64,000 nucleotides of DNA. Source: an uncultured virus (IMG/VR IMGVR_UViG_3300049489_000353). Its lineage: Duplodnaviria; Heunggongvirae; Uroviricota; Caudoviricetes. The notes beneath the pieces were generated by a model. That model did not search any database. It was not told the DNA's origin and worked only from the letters and a program-made list of their open reading frames with translations. The translations under genes were made by a program, and so were the position numbers. Where the stretch lies: the IMG/VR virus record IMGVR_UViG_3300049489_000353. The stretch is one strand, 5' to 3'. Positions within the stretch are counted from its first letter, which is position 1, and every line of letters starts with the position of its first letter. Shown here in pieces: positions 57,192 to 64,000 of this stretch.

Positions 57192-57198
57192 ATCGTAT

Positions 57199-57275
57199 GG
57201 GTTGCAAGCATAAATGGAAGGATGCAATCGCCTCTTAAGCGATAGAGCAGGGTTCGAATCCCTGGCGACCCACCA
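57199..57275 (+). tRNA. tRNA-Lys(CTT)
   Basis: Cloverleaf. Confidence 0.85.
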
Positions 57276-57366
57276 AAAAGCGCGAATTGACTTGACAACG
57301 CTACGGTAATCCGAGTCGCTTTAGCGGGTGACTACGATGCACGGTCGGTGTTCGCGCCGGTTTTAT

Positions 57367-57446
57367 AGCGGGTTCGTATACTAGGTGTTTACGCTCGTCT
57401 GTTAAACGAGATAAGGTTTTGGGTTCGAATCCCCCGCCCGCTGCCA
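57367..57446 (+). tRNA. tRNA-Asn(GTT)
   Basis: ctcgt-ctGTTaa-acgag, GCCA. Confidence 0.75.
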
Positions 57447-57507
57447 AACTTGATTAAAAATTATTTCAACTTGTGTTATAATATAAATACGAGTAAGGGA
57501 ATAAAAT

Positions 57508-58041
57508 ATGTCAAGATTATCAGATAATGTAAAAGCATGGAGACGGAATAACAAGTTAAAAATTATAGAAGCAATGGGTGGTAAATGTGTATGTTGTGGA
57601 TACCACAAATCTACATTCGCTTTAAGTTTACATCACATAGATCCAAATGAAAAGGATATATCTTTTAACCGAATTAGGGCTAATCCAATTGCTTGGAAAA
57701 AAATAGTTGTGGAATTAAGAAAGTGCGTGCTTGTTTGCTCAAACTGTCATATGGAAATACATGAAGGTATAACAAATATTCCTAATGATGCACCTAAATT
57801 TAATGAAGATTACTATACGGTTAAAGAAAAGGAAGATAAGTGTCCAGTGTGTCAGAAAAATAAAAGCATATATAGATTAACATGCTCACGCACATGTGCA
57901 AGAAAATTATCATGGAAAACAAATTGGGAAAATATAAATCTGAAAAAAGAATTAGAGACTAAAAGTATAACTCAATTAGCAGATGAGTTAAACATATCTG
58001 ATTCAGCTATTCATAAAAGATTGAAGAAATATCATTCCTAG
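57508..58041 (+). CDS. HNH endonuclease with C-terminal HTH
   Basis: GGKCVCCGY, LHHIDP, CVLVCSNCHMEIH. Confidence 0.85.
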   Translation: MSRLSDNVKAWRRNNKLKIIEAMGGKCVCCGYHKSTFALSLHHIDPNEKDISFNRIRANPIAWKKIVVELRKCVLVCSNCHMEIHEGITNIPNDAPKFNEDYYTVKEKEDKCPVCQKNKSIYRLTCSRTCARKLSWKTNWENINLKKELETKSITQLADELNISDSAIHKRLKKYHS

Positions 58042-58125
58042 GCAACATGACAGGACATGTACCGTGCTGTTAACACGGAGCGAGCGAAAGCCGATAAGGG
58101 GGTTCGAGTCCCTCCCTAGGAGCCA
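58036..58125 (+). tRNA. tRNA-Asn(GTT), long variable arm
   Basis: ccgtg-ctGTTaa-cacgg, GCCA. Confidence 0.75.
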
Positions 58126-58128
58126 CAT

Positions 58129-58205
58129 GACACATTAGCTCAATTGGATAGAGCAATAGACTACGGATCTATAGGTTGTAGGTTCAACTCCTACATGTGT
58201 CGCCA
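58129..58205 (+). tRNA. tRNA-Arg(ACG)
   Basis: Canonical cloverleaf. Confidence 0.92.
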
Positions 58206-58207
58206 GT

Positions 58208-58329
58208 AAGGTTGTTTTCAGCAAATTAAATCCAAAACTAACTGATAATTAGAAGGTCTTGGTTCGAATCCAAGCTCGCCTTAAGCAAGCGATGTAGTGT
58301 AACGGCAGCACAAAATAAGGAACAACCTG
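58208..58329 (+). ncRNA. Family-1 RNA enclosing a permuted tRNA-Ile(GAT)-like domain
   Basis: AAGGTTGTT-ttcagcaa; anticodon arm, T arm, closed acceptor, D arm; AACAACCTG. Confidence 0.65.
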
Positions 58330-58356
58330 TAACGCCCCAACGCTAAAGGGGCACAT

Positions 58357-58430
58357 GCCCGGTTCATCTAATGGAAGGATCCAACGCTACGAACGTTGGC
58401 ATTTAGGTTCGAATCCTAAGCTGGGTGCCA
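58357..58430 (+). tRNA. tRNA-Arg(ACG)
   Basis: Body nearly identical to 38705-38779. Confidence 0.88.
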
Positions 58431-58516
58431 AACATCGGAAGTTGCTGGTTTAAGTCCAGCCTAGAAGGCGAAAGCATTCTAAGTAGTTTTAAATGGATAA
58501 AATATCCGCTGCGTAT

Positions 58517-58592
58517 GGTGATATTGATGTAGTGGCAGCATCATCGGTTTGTGACTCCGAAAGTGACGGTTCGATTCCGTCATACCACCCCA
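58517..58592 (+). tRNA. tRNA-His(GTG)
   Basis: ttGTGac loop, C73. Confidence 0.8.
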
Positions 58593-58728
58593 CATGAGCA
58601 TGTACTAGTCTTGCTCTAGGAATGACTATTGCCTATATGCGCCAGGAGTGCGCGAGAAAGAAAGTCAGGCTTGGCAACCTAATGAAAGCGCGGATTAATT
58701 ACCCGTTGCTCAACAAGTGGCTTGTTAT

Positions 58729-58814
58729 GGTGGGTGAAGTCCAACGGCAGGACAACAGATTGTGGCTCTGTGCTAGAAATAGCCTTGCGGGTTCGAATCC
58801 CGTCATCCACCCCA
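58729..58814 (+). tRNA. tRNA-His(GTG), long variable arm
   Basis: G-1/C73, GCTA-gaaa-TAGC arm. Confidence 0.8.
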
Positions 58815-58819
58815 TTTTC

Positions 58820-59064
58820 AAGGTTGGTTACAGCAATTCAAACGGTATAAACGACGCTCCTTCGGGATAGTTGCGAGAGTGGTTCAACTCCGCTCGATCA
58901 TACACGAAAAAAGTAAGTGTATGGAATACCCAACCTGTCTTTTTTCAAGGATGCCTACAGCAATTCAAAGCACACATACTAAGCCGTAGGTCACGAAGTT
59001 CGAATCTTCGTCGCAGCAACCATGCTGCGTAGCTCAGTGGTAGAGCAACGAAAAGTGCATCCTG
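58820..59064 (+). ncRNA. Two tandem family-1 RNAs (58820-58937, 58947-59064) with permuted tRNA domains
   Basis: Second copy: T arm, CGCAGCA-acca-TGCTGCG, TAGCTCAGTGGTAGAGC. Confidence 0.7.
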
Positions 59065-59075
59065 TTTTTTTTTAT

Positions 59076-59161
59076 GCGCGAGTGGTGGAACGGCAGACAC
59101 ACTACCTTGAGGTGGTAGCGGGAGCAATCCCGTGAAGGTTCGAATCCTTTTTCGCGCACCA
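59076..59161 (+). tRNA. tRNA-Leu(GAG)
   Basis: Class II cloverleaf. Confidence 0.92.
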
Positions 59162-59168
59162 TTTTCAT

Positions 59169-59245
59169 CTAGCCGTGGGATAGCAGTTTCTGTCCACTAG
59201 TCTTGGGAACTAGGGGTGCTGGTGCGACTCCAGCCGGTTAGACCA
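59169..59245 (+). tRNA. tRNA-Pro(TGG)
   Basis: Cloverleaf. Confidence 0.82.
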
Positions 59246-59371
59246 AACAATGGGGAGTTCCAACGGTGGTACGCTACCTATTGCCGTAGAGTAGCAACAG
59301 GGTGGAGAGAGGCGGCAAACCTTACCACGCCTGATTAGTCGGTTCGATTCCGACGCTCCCGACCCATTCAT

Positions 59372-59446
59372 GCTCGCATCTTCCATGTATTAGGAAACCC
59401 GATTCTCAATCGGATAAACAGAGTGAAAGTCTCTGTGCGAGTACCA
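59372..59446 (+). tRNA. tRNA-Glu(CTC)
   Basis: ttCTCaa loop, divergent T loop. Confidence 0.75.
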
Positions 59447-59489
59447 AAAGCAATGTAACGATTGAATCAATTTTTTTATAAATAAAGGT

Positions 59490-59867
59490 ATGACACAAGA
59501 CAAAAGTAGCGAATCGGATAAACTTTTGCCTACATCGGTCCCTCCTATTGAAGAGATAGCTCATAGGACGGGAAGAATACCTAAAGGATATGTTTGCCCA
59601 TCGTGTGGTCATCTTGCCGTGGATGAGGACGAGTTGCTTGGTTTAACTTGTCCAAAATGCCTACAACAGTGGTTGGTTGATCAGCAAGTATCACAGATGG
59701 TGTCCATAAAGGAGATGGCAACAGATCGGGACAGCGCCTTAATGAAAACAGTAAAGGTAGGCAATGAACCGATGGGCAAACATCCTTATGATGAAACGAC
59801 GAAGATTGTGGCTGAAAAAGAGAAGAAAAAGAAAACCGAATCCGACGATAGGATTCCTGGTTTGTAA
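59490..59867 (+). CDS. Zn-ribbon hypothetical protein
   Basis: CPSC...CPKC; TATAAATA upstream. Confidence 0.6.
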   Translation: MTQDKSSESDKLLPTSVPPIEEIAHRTGRIPKGYVCPSCGHLAVDEDELLGLTCPKCLQQWLVDQQVSQMVSIKEMATDRDSALMKTVKVGNEPMGKHPYDETTKIVAEKEKKKKTESDDRIPGL

Positions 59868-59868
59868 T

Positions 59869-59945
59869 GTCCTTGTGATGGAATTGGCATACATACTACG
59901 CTTAGAACGTAGGTCTTGTGGGTTCGACTCCCACCGAGGATACCA
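59869..59945 (+). tRNA. tRNA-Leu(TAG), short variable loop
   Basis: ctacg-ctTAGaa-cgtag. Confidence 0.85.
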
Positions 59946-59948
59946 AAT

Positions 59949-60023
59949 GCGCGACTAGTTTAGTGGTCTAAACACTTGATTGACATTCAAGAGATTCTGG
60001 TCCGATTCCAGGGTCGCGTACCA
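59949..60023 (+). tRNA. tRNA-Val(GAC)
   Basis: Cloverleaf. Confidence 0.85.
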
Positions 60024-60026
60024 ATT

Positions 60027-60082
60027 AAGGTTGCTTCCAGCAAATTAAAAAATTACTATGTTAAGTAAAAAACAGCAACCTG
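60027..60082 (+). ncRNA. Family-1 RNA, short form
   Basis: AAGGTTGCT-tccagcaa...AGCAACCTG. Confidence 0.6.
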
Positions 60083-60087
60083 TTTAT

Positions 60088-60159
60088 GGGGAACTAGTCC
60101 GAGAACAGCTAGGTCATCGAAACCTAGAAAGAATGGGTCAGCACCATGAGTCCCCGCCA
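60088..60159 (+). ncRNA. Degenerate tRNA-like RNA (TCG loop)
   Basis: GGGGA/TCCCC-GCCA, ctaggt-caTCGaa-acctag. Confidence 0.45.
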
Positions 60160-60163
60160 ATTT

Positions 60164-60240
60164 GGGTGTATAGTGTAGAAGTTTCTGCACACTTGATTGT
60201 CAATCACGAAGTATGGGAGCGTTACCCATTACACCCGCCA
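60164..60240 (+). tRNA. tRNA-Asp(GTC)
   Basis: ttGTCaa loop, G73. Confidence 0.75.
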
Positions 60241-60243
60241 GAT

Positions 60244-60319
60244 GGCTCCATCGTATAGTGGATTATTACGTTTCCCTGTCACGGAAAAAATGCGAGTTCG
60301 ATTCTCGCTGGAGTCGCCA
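60244..60319 (+). tRNA. tRNA-Asp(GTC)
   Basis: Cloverleaf. Confidence 0.88.
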
Positions 60320-60412
60320 AAAAGTGGTGTGCGCCACTCATCGCCGCACAGCGATGTTAAAGCAATGAGTAAAGGCTTTATAGACACTCAGCTTGGAATC
60401 TAAAGTTTCCAT

Positions 60413-60484
60413 CGGGTGATAGTTAAGAGGTTATAACGCCAGTCATTAGACTGGAATCATCGGTTCGAATCCGGTTCATCCACC
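60413..60484 (+). ncRNA. tRNA-like RNA with shortened anticodon loop
   Basis: ccagtc-atta-gactgg; D and T arms intact. Confidence 0.5.
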
Positions 60485-60488
60485 TTTT

Positions 60489-60563
60489 GGGGACATAGTT
60501 CAGTGAGAGAACAATCGCTTCGCACGCGATAGACTTCGGGTTTGATTCCCAATGTCTCCACCA
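60489..60563 (+). tRNA. tRNA-Ala(CGC)
   Basis: G3:U70, ttCGCac. Confidence 0.82.
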
Positions 60564-60573
60564 AATAAGCGAA

Positions 60574-60656
60574 TGGAAATCCTACCGAAGTTCCAGACTT
60601 TGAATCTGGCTAAACGGGTAGCGTAAAAAGCGCGGCATACAGCAGGAGTAGGTCCG
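60574..60656 (+). ncRNA. Family-2 RNA displaying an isolated Gln(TTG) anticodon arm
   Basis: TGG-AAAT-CCTAC...ccaga-ctTTGaa-tctgg...GTAGG-T-CCG. Confidence 0.5.
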
Positions 60657-60670
60657 AGTAGCTTATATAT

Positions 60671-60757
60671 GGAAAGTTAATCACTCAAGGAGTGACTTCG
60701 TTTCGAAAACGAATGGGCGGCATCGCCGCTATGGTGCGAGTCCATAACTTTCCGCCA
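60671..60757 (+). tRNA. tRNA-Ser(CGA), 8/4-type fold
   Basis: 8-bp acceptor GGAAAGTT/AACTTTCC, 4-bp T stem. Confidence 0.78.
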
Positions 60758-60761
60758 ACAC

Positions 60762-60835
60762 TGGATCTTGATGTAAGGGCTGCATAACTGACTCTGAATC
60801 AGTTCGTGGAGGTTCGAATCCTCCAGATCCAACCA
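60762..60835 (+). tRNA. tRNA-Gln(CTG)
   Basis: Cloverleaf. Confidence 0.9.
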
Positions 60836-60838
60836 TAT

Positions 60839-60912
60839 GGGGCAATCGTATATCGGTAATACACTAGCATGGCATGCTTGAAAGCAGGGTTCGATTCCCT
60901 GTTGCTCCACCA
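60839..60912 (+). tRNA. tRNA-Ala(GGC)
   Basis: G3:U70, atGGCat. Confidence 0.85.
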
Positions 60913-60923
60913 GTTCAGTAAAA

Positions 60924-61062
60924 TGGGAATCCTATCCGTGCTATGTCCAAAGTAGCATGCTAGTGGTTTGACTCCACAACGCCCGCCAATGGGCGTAAAT
61001 GGCAACCGAGTTGCTGGTAGACTAAACAAGTCGCTCAAGTTGAATTGAGAGAAGTAGGTCCA
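60924..61062 (+). ncRNA. Family-2 RNA enclosing a permuted tRNA domain (CCA loop)
   Basis: TGG-GAAT-CCTAT...T arm, ACGCCC-gccaat-GGGCGT...GTAGG-T-CCA. Confidence 0.6.
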
Positions 61063-61078
61063 AAGTAACTGAATATAT

Positions 61079-61152
61079 GCTGAATTCGGATAGTGGGAAT
61101 CCGCTCGTTTCGTAATCGAGATACGGTTGTTCGATTCAACCATTCAGCACCA
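61079..61152 (+). tRNA. tRNA-Thr(CGT)
   Basis: Cloverleaf. Confidence 0.85.
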
Positions 61153-61157
61153 TATGC

Positions 61158-61231
61158 GCTGCTTTCGGATAATGGCATTCCGCCTGCTTGGTATGCAGGA
61201 TACGCTAGTTCGATTCTAGCAAGCAGCACCA
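61158..61231 (+). tRNA. tRNA-Thr(GGT)
   Basis: Cloverleaf. Confidence 0.88.
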
Positions 61232-61235
61232 TCAT

Positions 61236-61309
61236 ACGTAGATCGTACAATGGCAGTACCTCAGATTCCAAACCTGATGATGTGGGTTCGATTCCTACTC
61301 TACGTGCCA
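61236..61309 (+). tRNA. tRNA-Trp(CCA)
   Basis: Cloverleaf, G73. Confidence 0.88.
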
Positions 61310-61519
61310 GAGCAGTTGCTGAAATGACATGAAAAACTCATCGTAGGCAATTGATAACGCGGCTAACCGCAGTCTAACACCGCTATACAATAAAGTTAAA
61401 CGCCATCCTCGTAGGAGGACGCGGACTGCACCATCTTTAAGTGCCTTAAAAGCAGCTTCGGAAACGAAGAGCAGATTATCAACCTTGGTTCCTGCTAAAA
61501 CAAAACAAGGTCCATTCAT

Positions 61520-61596
61520 GGTCACATAGCTCAGTACGGCAGAGCATTCGTCTGATACACGAAAGGTCGAAGGTTCCATTCCTTCTGTGACTACCA
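61520..61596 (+). tRNA. tRNA-Ile(GAT)
   Basis: Cloverleaf. Confidence 0.88.
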
Positions 61597-61599
61597 TAC

Positions 61600-61677
61600 G
61601 GACATCAGCTTCGCCGGTTGCGGAGGTTCGCCTGATAAGCGAAATTAGCATAGGTTCAACTCCTTGGGTGTCCACCA
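61600..61677 (+). tRNA. tRNA-Ile(GAT), divergent D arm
   Basis: ttcgc-ctGATaa-gcgaa. Confidence 0.7.
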
Positions 61678-61823
61678 AGTAGCAATCGTCTAAACATAAA
61701 GACACTTCAAGGGGAAATAAAAAGCCTAACTATGTGGGTTGAAGTCCCACGATTAAGTTCCCAGGACGGGTAGTTATCTTGAAGATGAATGTGGCTTATG
61801 TAGCCGTCTTGCTACATTTTCAT

Positions 61824-61898
61824 ATCTGTGTGGGATAGTGGTCTGTCCACTTGTTTTGGGAACAAGGGGTGTTGGTTCGATTCCAACCATGGATACCA
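61824..61898 (+). tRNA. tRNA-Pro(TGG)
   Basis: cttgt-ttTGGga-acaag. Confidence 0.82.
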
Positions 61899-62012
61899 AG
61901 TCGTTAGTCCTGAAATAAAACTTACGGTTAAAAACCAAACAGTTCCGGTCTGTTAGTTCACAGTCAGAGTCGAGAAACTAACCGCTGCGCCGAGCGTTCT
62001 GACAGGCGTTAT

Positions 62013-62086
62013 CAGGCATTAGGATAATGGTAATCCACTAGCTTCGGGAGCTAGGGACGGCAGTTCGATTCTGCCATGCTTGACCA
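62013..62086 (+). tRNA. tRNA-Pro(CGG)
   Basis: Cloverleaf. Confidence 0.88.
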
Positions 62087-62091
62087 GTTAT

Positions 62092-62166
62092 CGTGGTGAC
62101 GTTCAATGGATGGACGGCTGTTTCATAAGCAGCTTCAAGTAGGTTCGATTCCTATCGCCACGACCA
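62092..62166 (+). tRNA. tRNA-Met(CAT)
   Basis: gctgt-ttCATaa-gcagc. Confidence 0.8.
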
Positions 62167-62167
62167 T

Positions 62168-62484
62168 GAGTAAATCAGACAATCGCTAGAGGACTCCAAA
62201 CTCTAGAGGAAAGTCGGGGCACCAAACAAAAATCTACTGGTTAACGACCAGCACACTTTTCAGTAGGTGTGAGGAAAGGGCAGTAAGAAATAAACCGCCG
62301 ATGGCTTCGCAAGAAGATCAGGTAAGGGTTGAAAATTCGGCTTAAGAAACCGGACTTCTCATAGCGATATGAGTCGAGTGTAACCCCTAGATGGTGCAAG
62401 GCAGTAATTGCCGCTTGAGGTCAGCAGTAATGCTGATCCTAGACAAATGATTGTCCTAGACAGAACCCCGCTTACCGATTTACT
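62168..62484 (+). ncRNA. rnpB: RNase P RNA (bacterial type)
   Basis: P1 AGTAAATC/GATTTACT; GAGGAAAGTCGGGGC and ACAGAACCCCGCTTA P4 signatures; GGTAAGGGT. Confidence 0.9.
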
Positions 62485-62557
62485 TTACTGATTTTTTATG
62501 CTATAATGGTTTACCGTATCTTATACTTTGCCGTATAAATACAATTAGGAGATCATT

Positions 62558-63085
62558 ATGGCAAAACCTCGTACATTTACCGATGAACAATTTATAGATG
62601 TCGTTAAAAATTCTTATTCGATACGAGAATGTCTACGAAAATTAAAGCTTAAAACTACTGGTGGTAATTATAAGTCTTTTTATTGGAGAGTTAAAAAAAT
62701 GGGCATTAAAACTGACCATTTCGTGGGACAGTCTCATATGAAAGGTAAGAAAAATCCATCTCATATTCAGATACCTCTCTCTGATATATTAAAAGAAAAT
62801 GTATTTTATCAAAGTCATAGATTAAAATTAAGATTGATAAAAGTTGGATTGAAAGAACATAAATGTGAAATTTGTCGCAATACGGAGTGGAATGGGGCGG
62901 CTATTCCTCTTGAATTGGATCATAAAAATGGTGTACATACCGACAATAGAATAGAAAATATACAATTAATATGTCCAAATTGTCATGCTTTAACTCCAAC
63001 ATATCGGAGTAAGAATATAGGTAAACATAATGTGTCCGTAGCGCAATCGGCAGGAGGCGATAGTTTTAAAAACTATACAGTGTGA
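62558..63085 (+). CDS. HNH endonuclease
   Basis: CEIC...LELDHKNG..TDNRIEN.QLICPNCH. Confidence 0.9.
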   Translation: MAKPRTFTDEQFIDVVKNSYSIRECLRKLKLKTTGGNYKSFYWRVKKMGIKTDHFVGQSHMKGKKNPSHIQIPLSDILKENVFYQSHRLKLRLIKVGLKEHKCEICRNTEWNGAAIPLELDHKNGVHTDNRIENIQLICPNCHALTPTYRSKNIGKHNVSVAQSAGGDSFKNYTV

Positions 63086-63109
63086 GTTCGAATCTCACCG
63101 GGCACACCA
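63032..63109 (+). tRNA. tRNA-Leu(TAA), short variable loop
   Basis: atagt-ttTAAaa-actat. Confidence 0.85.
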
Positions 63110-63115
63110 TTTCAT

Positions 63116-63191
63116 GGGCGTTTAGTTCAGCGGCTAGAATGTCGCTTTCACATAGCGAAGATCGTTGGTTCGATTCCAACAACGCCTACCA
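63116..63191 (+). tRNA. tRNA-Val(CAC)
   Basis: Cloverleaf. Confidence 0.88.
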
Positions 63192-63335
63192 GGGGACTTG
63201 GATTAAGATGGAAAATCAACCTAGTTGGGGCGGTAAACGCAACAAAGACAGGTGCCATAAAAGGAGCTTACAAGCTGCTACCGCGAGGGTGTGGTGACAT
63301 AAGCTATGTCGGTTCGAATCCGATAGTCTCCACCA
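63192..63335 (+). ncRNA. Ala-acceptor tRNA-like RNA with large central insert
   Basis: GGGGACT/AGTCTCC-ACCA (G3:U70), D and T arms. Confidence 0.6.
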
Positions 63336-63340
63336 TTCAC

Positions 63341-63419
63341 GGGGTTGTAGCAGAATTGGCAAATGCGGTATGCTCAAACCATACGACTTATGTGGGTTCG
63401 AATCCCACCAGCCCTACCA
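63341..63419 (+). tRNA. tRNA-Leu(CAA), short variable region
   Basis: gtatg-ctCAAac-catac. Confidence 0.82.
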
Positions 63420-63560
63420 AATGATCCACTGGCGCAAGCCCAGCGGGGGACATCCACAAAATATTCGCCAGTAACGAATACTACGGAGAGTCCGCTGCCG
63501 TGCCGTGTAAGGACGGGGATCGTTATCAAACCACGTTGTGTTTTCCACAGATGCCCTCAT

Positions 63561-63637
63561 GTGTCTGTAGCCCAATCGGCAGAGGCGTTGCTCTCAGAAA
63601 GCAAATGATGGTGGTTCGAATCCACTCAGGCACACCA
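63561..63637 (+). tRNA. tRNA-Leu(CAG), short variable loop
   Basis: ttgct-ctCAGaa-agcaa. Confidence 0.85.
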
Positions 63638-63641
63638 ACAT

Positions 63642-63716
63642 GCCGCTATCGTTCAACGGATAGGACAAGACCCTCCGAAGGTCAAAATCTAGGTTCAATT
63701 CCTAGTAGCGGTGCCA
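63642..63716 (+). tRNA. tRNA-Arg(CCG)
   Basis: Cloverleaf. Confidence 0.88.
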
Positions 63717-63733
63717 TCTGTTATACTATATGT

Positions 63734-64000
63734 ATGATGCTTGTCCCGACCTATGTTGACAAGTCGCTTATACATGGGCTTGGAATGTTCACCACCAACG
63801 CTATTAAAAAAGGTGAAGTTATTTGGAGATTTATTCCTGGCTTTGACCAGCGGTTTACAGCAGCCGAATATTCGGCTTTACCGGAGCTTGCCAGAAACTA
63901 TCTCGACACATACGCATGGACCAGTAAGAAAAGCGGCTTGTTAGTTATGTCCATGGATAACGACAAGTTTGTTAATCACTCCGATAGCCCCAATACATTA
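63734..64000 (+). CDS. SET-domain protein, truncated by the window end
   Basis: Manual translation: KSLIHGLGMFT...IKKGEVIW...KFVNHSDSPN. Confidence 0.85.
   Translation, partial: MMLVPTYVDKSLIHGLGMFTTNAIKKGEVIWRFIPGFDQRFTAAEYSALPELARNYLDTYAWTSKKSGLLVMSMDNDKFVNHSDSPNTL

Noticed and set aside
56306..63944. Short ORFs across array 2, including 63741-63944
   Set aside because: They overlap tRNAs or lie off-frame to the SET gene.
1..64000. Genome-wide TAG recoding suggested by the CUA tRNAs
   Set aside because: Enzymes here are full length in the standard code and many genes end in TAG next to the following start. Conditional readthrough or recoding elsewhere is not excluded.

Overview
This looks like part of a large (jumbo/huge) tailed-phage genome: dense, mostly + strand short ORFs, T4-type TATAAATA late promoters, and sigma70-like promoters with a recurring 15-nt spacer. 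Recognisable proteins include DNA ligase, a DRB0094-type RNA ligase, a nucleotidyltransferase, CoaB, a CoaC-M23 fusion, radical SAM, vWA, macrodomain, DHH, metallophosphoesterase, an Acb1-like 2H phosphoesterase, a Pth2-like hydrolase, several HNH endonucleases and a SET protein. Two RNA-gene arrays (about 35.76-46.10 kb and 56.40-63.72 kb) hold roughly 70 tRNAs read by eye, a tmRNA, an RNase P RNA, two amber (CUA) tRNAs, many aberrant tRNA-like RNAs and two families of repeated terminal-stem RNAs, several enclosing circularly permuted tRNA domains. Main finding: each array is preceded by a leader-peptide attenuator whose codons match the anticodons of that array (14/16 and 40/42 sense codons), suggesting tRNA-depletion-sensing control. 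A third leader (M-R-amber-H-E-Y-G-amber-N-I-R-G-P-P-stop) appears to gate a Pth2 operon on amber readthrough. All calls are manual; no searches or folding programs were run.
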